Of a DNA stretch of 32,000 bases, positions 31,849-32,000 are shown piece after piece. A model generated the notes under the pieces. The model was not told the origin of the DNA and did no database searches. It saw nothing but the letters and a program-made list of their open reading frames with translations. Origin of the DNA: Caedimonas varicaedens (GTDB lineage Bacteria > Pseudomonadota > Alphaproteobacteria > Caedimonadales > Caedimonadaceae); contig BBVC01000023.1 of NCBI GenBank assembly GCA_001192655.1, forward strand, positions 1-32,000. Reading direction: 5' to 3'. The number at the start of each line of letters is the position of its first letter. The stretch's first letter is position 1. The translations under genes were made by a program, and so were the position numbers.

Positions 31849-32000
31849 CGAATCAAGTCTGTGGAGCAATTAGTACTCGTTAGCTTCACAGGTTACCCTG
31901 CTTCCACACCGAGCCTATCAACGTGGTGGTCTTCCACGGCTCTCATAGGGAAAACTCGTTTTGAGGGAAGTTTCCCGCTTAGATGCTTTCAGCGGTTATC
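31849..32000 (-). rRNA. rrl: 23S rRNA, 3-prime terminal ~150 nt (continues right of the window)
   Basis: The reverse complement GATAACCGCTGAAAGCATCTAAGCGGGAAAC...GTTGATAGGC...GCTAACGAGTACTAAT matches the conserved 3-prime domain VI region of bacterial 23S. The 3-prime end is estimated by alignment to E. coli from memory. Confidence 0.85.

Overview
This 32-kb window comes from a moderately AT-rich bacterial chromosome. It is probably an alphaproteobacterial, host-associated lineage, which I infer with low confidence from the plant-type glutamate-cysteine ligase, the IbpA gene with a ROSE-like leader, and the 5S and 23S sequences. About 30% of the window is insertion-sequence DNA. There are eight copies or fragments of one 904-bp IS630-family element, each flanked by a TA duplication. 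There is also a head-to-tail tandem pair of a 2.0-kb IS21-family element, plus decayed IS5-type remnants. Four host genes are cleanly split by these insertions, and each can be rebuilt to the base: an MFS transporter, a Cache-HAMP adenylate cyclase, a glutamate-cysteine ligase and a 467-aa helical protein. Genes that look intact are a SemiSWEET, ibpA, recD2, yhhQ, a family-3 solute-binding protein, a DAACS symporter and a small secreted protein. The 3-prime end of an rRNA operon (23S end plus 5S, minus strand) closes the window. The least explained part is 0.6-6 kb. It holds an AT-rich type II R-M pair (C5 methyltransferase plus a PD-(D/E)XK nuclease). Next to that pair sit a stand-alone N6A methyltransferase, a 232-aa internally duplicated protein, a GC-rich structured non-coding stretch with its own promoter and terminator, and a 15-Cys protein. 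I saw no CRISPR array and no tRNA gene. All calls rest on reading the sequence and recalling motifs; no database search was run.
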